From an uncultured delta proteobacterium (lineage in GTDB: Bacteria; Myxococcota; Myxococcia; Myxococcales; Myxococcaceae): a stretch of 64,000 nt of DNA. Of the stretch, positions 58,888 through 64,000 are shown piece by piece. The DNA is taken from positions 1-64,000 of the forward strand of contig CAVUXN010000004.1 in the NCBI GenBank assembly GCA_963745475.1, read 5' to 3'. The translations under genes were made by a program, and so were the position numbers. Under the pieces are notes generated by a model. It was not told the origin of the DNA, did not search any database, and saw only the letters and a list, made by a program, of their open reading frames with translations. Positions within the stretch are counted from its first letter, which is position 1; every line of letters starts with the position of its first letter.

Positions 58888-59786
58888 GCGAGGCCAAACT
58901 CGGGTCGGATACTCCCTGGGGCCGCGGCCGCTTCGACGCCCGCGCTGCTCCCCGTCGGGTTCTGTTCGGGCACGTGTACGAGGACGTGGCCATCGAACGT
59001 AAGTCGTTTGCGTCCGGAGGCCGCATTTTCTGCATTGCCTCAGCAGGTGACACCGCCATGGCGCTGGCGGAGCAGCACCCCGTGGTAGCCGTCGACATCA
59101 ATCCAGTACAGCTGGCTTACGCGCGCGCTCGCATCGAAGGGGCTCCGGCGCAGAAAGGAGCCGCGGAGCGGGTGCTGGGCTTGGGACGTGCGCTGCTGCG
59201 CCTGGCGGGGTGGCGCCGCGCCACCGTCGAGGAGTTTCTTTCCTTCGACTCTACTGCGGCACAGCTTGCTTACTGGCGCGCGCACTTGGACACGCGGCGC
59301 TTCCGTGCAGGCGTGGACGCACTGCTCTCGGTAACAGGACTCCGCGCGGTCTACGCCTTGCCTTTCCTGAGCATCCTGCCGCGGGGCTTCGGCTCGGTCA
59401 TGCGCTCGCGCATGGAGCGCTGCTTTACCCAACACCCCAACGCGACAAACCCCTACGCTCGCGCGCTGCTGCTAGGTGAATACCCGCCTGCCGCGGAGCC
59501 CAAGCTCCCCGTCGAGCTGCTCTGCGTCGACGCGGCCAGTTACCTTGAATCCGTTTCAAGCGCGAGCTTCGACGGTTTCGCTCTCTCCAACATCCTCGAC
59601 GGCGCACCGGCGAGCTACCGCAGTCGGCTTCTGGCAGCGGCGCGGAGGGCTGGTAAGCCGCATTCTCCGGTGGTCCTGCGGAGCTTCGCAGAGCCATTGC
59701 AAGCCACTCCGACGAATGTTGCAGCCGAGGACCGCTCGATGCTCTGGGGCACGGTGCTCGTCACTGAGGCCGCCAGCCTTTGGTAG
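58884..59786 (+). CDS. DUF3419/BtaA-like SAM-dependent transferase
   Basis: YEDVAIE, CIASAGD, AVDINPVQL, NPY, FDGFALSNILD, DRS; GTGA overlap. Confidence 0.75.
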   Translation: MSEAKLGSDTPWGRGRFDARAAPRRVLFGHVYEDVAIERKSFASGGRIFCIASAGDTAMALAEQHPVVAVDINPVQLAYARARIEGAPAQKGAAERVLGLGRALLRLAGWRRATVEEFLSFDSTAAQLAYWRAHLDTRRFRAGVDALLSVTGLRAVYALPFLSILPRGFGSVMRSRMERCFTQHPNATNPYARALLLGEYPPAAEPKLPVELLCVDAASYLESVSSASFDGFALSNILDGAPASYRSRLLAAARRAGKPHSPVVLRSFAEPLQATPTNVAAEDRSMLWGTVLVTEAASLW

Positions 59787-59925
59787 GCGCAAGGTGGGCA
59801 AGGTCCCCAGGCTCGTGCCGAAGGTTGCGGGCGGTCTCGAGCAAGGCGCTCCTGCACCCCTCTTGGGGTTAACGGCATTCGGGCCTAGCTCGCAAGGTAG
59901 GTAGGCCCGATGCTCAGTCCCCTCA

Positions 59926-60537
59926 CTACGGCGGCAGGGCTGCCCGCATTCCTTCGAGGATGTGGCGATGTATCTGATGCGCAAAGATGCGCTCGAATGG
60001 ACGCCACAGCGAGCGCGGCCGAAGGTGTCCTCGGTAATGCGTCGTCAGGAGAACCTCTGATCCGTTCTGCGCGGGAAGAATCTCGTACGAGCCCTCACCC
60101 GTTGATAGGCAGTTCTCGATGCCGAGATGCTGCTCCAGCACTTCGAAGCGGAGCAGGTGCTCCGGCTCGGCAGCGGTGATGCGTTTGACCATGTGACCGC
60201 CCTCGTACACGCAGCGGACGCTCGCGTCGACACGGGTCTTCTCCCCTTCAGAGCGGATGGGCCGGGGGAGCAAGGCGAGCAGGAAGACTCCCGGACGCTT
60301 TGTGACCTCCTCATAAAAGCGCAACGTCTTCCAGACGATGTCGGGACGGGCGTCCAACCAAGTCCTCGTGGTGACCGCTTCGCTTTCAGAGTTCGGTGCA
60401 AACAAGCGACCGAGGCTGTCTACAAGTCCGCGAAGGGTGAACTTCCATCGAGGTAAGCCCTGTTGGTTCGCGTCTCGAGATTGCACGATTCTGTTGGGTT
60501 CCACTTTCTCTCCACCACCCAGGCCTGAGCTGTCCAC
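59926..60537 (-). CDS. SRPBCC (START-like) domain protein
   Basis: PDIVW, ITAAEP..LRF, TTHY..LRP..W, H..IL pattern; start uncertain. Confidence 0.65.
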   Translation of the reverse strand: MDSSGLGGGEKVEPNRIVQSRDANQQGLPRWKFTLRGLVDSLGRLFAPNSESEAVTTRTWLDARPDIVWKTLRFYEEVTKRPGVFLLALLPRPIRSEGEKTRVDASVRCVYEGGHMVKRITAAEPEHLLRFEVLEQHLGIENCLSTGEGSYEILPAQNGSEVLLTTHYRGHLRPRSLWRPFERIFAHQIHRHILEGMRAALPP

Positions 60538-60604
60538 TCAACTTATCCAGTCTGGCTGCGTTGTGTAGCGGTCGTTTCCACGGTGGAGGCGTCGCGCATG
60601 GGCA

Positions 60605-62296
60605 TCAGTCCGGTACGGTGCCCGTTCTCAGGCGCTGGTCGAGCAGAGAATTGCGCATCGCGCCCATCAAGAGCGCCCCGACGACCGCGGCACCAGCGAT
60701 CCAGTACCCCCAGGGCCGGAGCTCGCCCAATTGGTGGGGGACGCCGTTGACCGACCACCCGCTCACCTTGAAGCCAACGCTCACCAAGGCGAGACACCAG
60801 CAGAGAGCCCGGGCAAACGAAAGAACGGTGACCAGCAGTCGTTCTCGGTGCCCGAGCACGGTTTGGTAGTGTCTGCTCAATTCCGGCAAGCGGTAGCTCA
60901 CCCAGGCGAGCGACTTGTCGAAAGCGGAACGCGCGAGCAATCCCGTCGCGGCGATTGACCCAAGCCGAGTGCCGGACGAAACGTCGAGCCAAAGTTCTTT
61001 CAGCCGTCGACGACGCTCATCCTTCAAGAAGATGCTCAGCTCTGGCACCCAGTTCAGCCGAGGCGAAAGGGCAAGCATGACGGCGTCCGAAATCAAGATG
61101 GCGCGATAGAGCTGGACAACGGACACTGGAATCGAAATGCGTGCTCGCCGCATCGCGCGACAGAGTCGCTGGATGAAATACCCGCTGCTCCGGTAGCGAA
61201 GTCCAGCCGTGTTGCTGCTAACAGCGCCCACCCAGTCAGCGACGATGTCTCTAAACTCGGCCTTGAACTGCCAGAGGTCGTTTCTCGGCAACGGTTCGAG
61301 AGAGTGCAAGAGCACCTGGAAGGCCCCATCTGCATCCCCACTGGTGATGTATTCACGTAGCTGCAACTGCTGGACACGAATCTGGTCGTCCAGTGTGCCA
61401 ACCATTCCGAAGTCGACCAGTCCGAGCCCGCCGCTCTTGAGTAGAAGGAGATTCGCGGGGTGCGGATCCGCGTGGAAGACCCCATGGTTGAAGAACTGCT
61501 CGAGCATCGATCGAAACACAAGGAGTGCAAGAGCATCTGGATCGAAGTGTGATGCGAGAGGTGCTGAATTCCTTTCATCGGCTGTGCCTCGAAGGGCTTT
61601 AATCAAATCACTGAGGGGAACGCCCTCGAGAAACTCCATGGTGATGACACGGGGCCCACAATATTCTTCGTACACCTCGGGAGCGCGGTGATTGATGCTG
61701 TCACGTGCCAGCGTTTCGTGTAGCAGCTGGGTGTTCCGCGCTTCTCGCTCGAAATCGAGTTCGGTCTGCACGGACGCTGCGATGACGCCAATGGCTCGTC
61801 GGAGATTCAGTTGCCGCGCGAATCCCAGGCCGTCGACGGCATAGGCGGCGAACTTCAGGGTGGCTAGATCGGTACGAATCTGTGCGTCGACGTGCGGCTT
61901 CTTGACCTTGACAACGACTTCCGTGCCGTTGGGCAGTCGAGCTCGATGGACTTGCGCAATCGAGGCTGAGCTGAGGGGAAGATCGGCGAACGTCGGAAAG
62001 ACCTCAGCCAAGGGCTTCCCCAAATCGGCTTCGATGACCGCTGTAATAGTCGACAGCGGCAAATGCGCCAGGTCATCCAACAGGGCGGCGAGGCTGAGAC
62101 AATATCGATCGGGAAGAAGGTCATACCGCATGGCCAGGAGCTGACCGAGCTTCACAAAACCGCCGCCGCATGCTTCCAGATAGCGCCGCAGAAGTTCGGG
62201 GCCTGCGTTCCGGTCAAAAGGTCTGCGGCAGGCAAAGGCGATTGCAAACCAGAGAGAGGTCAGTGCAAGCCAGAGCGTGCGAGCGGCAAAACGCAA
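60605..62296 (-). CDS. ABC1/AarF/UbiB atypical kinase
   Basis: FVKLGQ, SASIAQVHRA, VVVKV, ELDF.REA, HADPHPAN, DFGMVG, two C-terminal TMs; the true start is probably upstream across a frameshift. Confidence 0.92.
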   Translation of the reverse strand: MRFAARTLWLALTSLWFAIAFACRRPFDRNAGPELLRRYLEACGGGFVKLGQLLAMRYDLLPDRYCLSLAALLDDLAHLPLSTITAVIEADLGKPLAEVFPTFADLPLSSASIAQVHRARLPNGTEVVVKVKKPHVDAQIRTDLATLKFAAYAVDGLGFARQLNLRRAIGVIAASVQTELDFEREARNTQLLHETLARDSINHRAPEVYEEYCGPRVITMEFLEGVPLSDLIKALRGTADERNSAPLASHFDPDALALLVFRSMLEQFFNHGVFHADPHPANLLLLKSGGLGLVDFGMVGTLDDQIRVQQLQLREYITSGDADGAFQVLLHSLEPLPRNDLWQFKAEFRDIVADWVGAVSSNTAGLRYRSSGYFIQRLCRAMRRARISIPVSVVQLYRAILISDAVMLALSPRLNWVPELSIFLKDERRRRLKELWLDVSSGTRLGSIAATGLLARSAFDKSLAWVSYRLPELSRHYQTVLGHRERLLVTVLSFARALCWCLALVSVGFKVSGWSVNGVPHQLGELRPWGYWIAGAAVVGALLMGAMRNSLLDQRLRTGTVPD

Positions 62297-62460
62297 GGTG
62301 AGCGGCGGCGAAGTAAGGCGGTTGTGGGGCGAGGGGACTTGCCTGGGTATTGCGCGAACCTCATCCGGTGCAGCGGCGGCGCGATTGAGGAGCTACAGCG
62401 CTCTTCTCTAGCTGCATTGGGGCGTCTGGCCTCGAACAACGAGGAGCGTGACGCACATGG

Positions 62461-62898
62461 CTAAGTCGTGCGGCCGGTCGGAGGAGGTCGCGCGGGAGCA
62501 GCGGTGTCCGGTTGTCCCTTCTGTTTGAGCTTCGCGGCGACCAGAGTGGCAAGGCTGTCGTAGTCGAATTCCCTTGGGGGCTGCGTTCGGTGGTCAGCGA
62601 CTGATGTGCGCAGATCCTCGTACAGTCGCTGGGGAACCTTCGCGAGTTCCTCGAAGAAGCGGGCGTTCGCGGCAATCGAACCCTGGATGAAGCCGTTGTC
62701 CAGGTTCCGGACAGTGATGTTCTCGTCGGTCAGGCTTTCGTTGAAGACCTGGATTCCGGATGTAACGGCATTCGCGATCCCGGCAACGCCATTCGCTAGA
62801 GCACGGGTCAGGCCGACTGGCGTGGGCAGCGCTCGCCTACTGGCCGGGGTCTTGTAAATCTGAGGCTGTACGTTGGGAGCCTGTTCTTGACCGGCCAT
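62461..62898 (-). CDS. Hypothetical helical protein
   Basis: GAGGAGG RBS; upstream of the ABC1 kinase in the same direction. Confidence 0.65.
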   Translation of the reverse strand: MAGQEQAPNVQPQIYKTPASRRALPTPVGLTRALANGVAGIANAVTSGIQVFNESLTDENITVRNLDNGFIQGSIAANARFFEELAKVPQRLYEDLRTSVADHRTQPPREFDYDSLATLVAAKLKQKGQPDTAAPARPPPTGRTT

Positions 62899-63279
62899 GA
62901 TGCCTGCCTCCTCTTAGTCATACCTCGAGCATTAAGGCGATGGGAGCCTACGAACGCTACACCACTGACGCAAACGGCAGGCCTCGAGCGCCGCCGCCGT
63001 AGCTTGGCCTAGGGGTGCTGTAGTTCGCTAGAGACTTCCGGCGACAGGCCGTCCCTCGCCTCGAATGCCAGGCGCAAGTTCTCGCGGGGCCTTTTCGGGG
63101 TCTCGACGCTGGCACCGGTAACGCCGCGTAGGGTCCGCAGCCGTTTGAGGAGTCCGGCGCGCCGCAAGTAATGAGTGAAGGCCTTCAAACGCGCCGCAGA
63201 GAGCGCCCGGCCCTAGGAATGCGTGTTCGGGCTCTCGCTGTCCGTATCCTCAAACGAGCCGGTTGCCTCCAGCCAAGTG

Positions 63280-63492
63280 CTAGAGTGCGGATTTCGGCTG
63301 TCGCTTCCCTGGAGCGAAGCTTTGGGGCTCTTCTGGGGCATGCGCGGATGGCCGCTCCGCAGAGTCCGTCCCCCGGAATGAAGTCCTCAGCGGCATTTCC
63401 GCGGAGCGCACCGGAGTAGTCGTCTGGGCGAGGAGAAGAGGACTGGCGAACACTGCCAACACACCCACGACGTTTCTTAGAGTTTTCATCAT
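63280..63492 (-). CDS. Small exported protein, possibly truncated
   Basis: GGAGG RBS; signal MKTLRNVVGVLAVFASPLLLA. Confidence 0.45.
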   Translation of the reverse strand: MMKTLRNVVGVLAVFASPLLLAQTTTPVRSAEMPLRTSFRGTDSAERPSAHAPEEPQSFAPGKRQPKSAL

Positions 63493-63663
63493 GGCCTCCA
63501 GCGAAGACGTAATGCTCCAGAGGTATTTCGCAAGAGAGAGCCGAATGGCCGAGCGGACCCCCGCCTCTCGGTGAGCTGAGCAGCGCCAATAAGCTTTCGG
63601 GGATTCGCGTCTCGCGGCGCGTCCGCACCTGATTGGGAGCTCTTTCCGAGCGGTCTCTCAGTT

Positions 63664-64000
63664 TCACTGCATGTGCCAACCGTGGCTCACCACCACCGAC
63701 TGCCCGGTGAGGGCTTTGCTCGGGAAAGAGGCGAGGAAGACGGCAAGCTGGGCGACGTCTTCGAGCGTCGTGAATTCTCCGTCCACGGTGTTTTTCAACA
63801 TCACGTTTTTGACAACCTCCGCCTCGCTGATGCCGAGGTCCCGGGCTTGCTCAGGGATTTGCCTCTCCACGAGCGGCGTCTTGACGAAGCCCGGCGCGAT
63901 GACGTTGGTGAAGATGCCGTGCGCGGCCCCTTCCTTCGCCACCGTTCGGGCAAGGCCAAGAATGCCGTGCTTGGCGGCGACGTAGGGCGCCTTGAGCGGC
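63664..64000 (-). CDS. bdhA: 3-hydroxybutyrate dehydrogenase, 3' part (runs off the window)
   Basis: [47 protein letters not shown]. Confidence 0.88.
   Translation of the reverse strand, partial: PLKAPYVAAKHGILGLARTVAKEGAAHGIFTNVIAPGFVKTPLVERQIPEQARDLGISEAEVVKNVMLKNTVDGEFTTLEDVAQLAVFLASFPSKALTGQSVVVSHGWHMQ

Noticed and set aside
1..64000. CRISPR array, cas genes, rRNA, intact transposase or integrase
   Set aside because: I saw no regularly spaced short repeats or recognisable motifs. The CHAT gene has no cas neighbours in this window.

Overview
GC-rich bacterial chromosomal window. A Myxococcus-type PilA, Pkn-type Ser/Thr kinase stubs, many lipoproteins and sigma54 promoters suggest Myxococcota, but this is an inference. 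I found no rRNA, tRNA, CRISPR array or intact mobile element. Contents in order: a solo type IV pilin and a His-rich miniprotein; a TetR/SDR/methyltransferase unit; an ECF sigma/anti-sigma pair between two copies of a ~420-bp repeat; a heavily frameshifted surface-glycosylation cluster (8-14.4 kb); FN3 and Cys-rich lipoproteins; gfa/frmA formaldehyde genes with a fghA relic; an ECF sigma + ZAS anti-sigma + exported TPR-CHAT locus; serA; a thiocyanate-hydrolase-like split nitrile hydratase; DUF3556 + FAD oxidoreductase; M20 and M16 peptidases; a third ECF pair; an RND pump; a peroxiredoxin and a LysR; an RHH-led desaturase operon; a displaced rpoZ; DoxX/BtaA-like genes; an ABC1 kinase; and a partial bdhA. 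The best candidate for a new system is 22.3-30.5 kb. There an ECF sigma, a membrane ZAS anti-sigma and an apparently exported caspase-like TPR-CHAT protease enclose two exported proteins. The same motif, GCGA(C/T)A-N16-CAC(C/T), lies upstream of the anti-sigma and of both enclosed genes, which suggests a self-contained protease-controlled regulon. All family calls come from motif recognition by eye, with no database searches. Many frameshifts at 7-22 kb could be sequencing or consensus errors.
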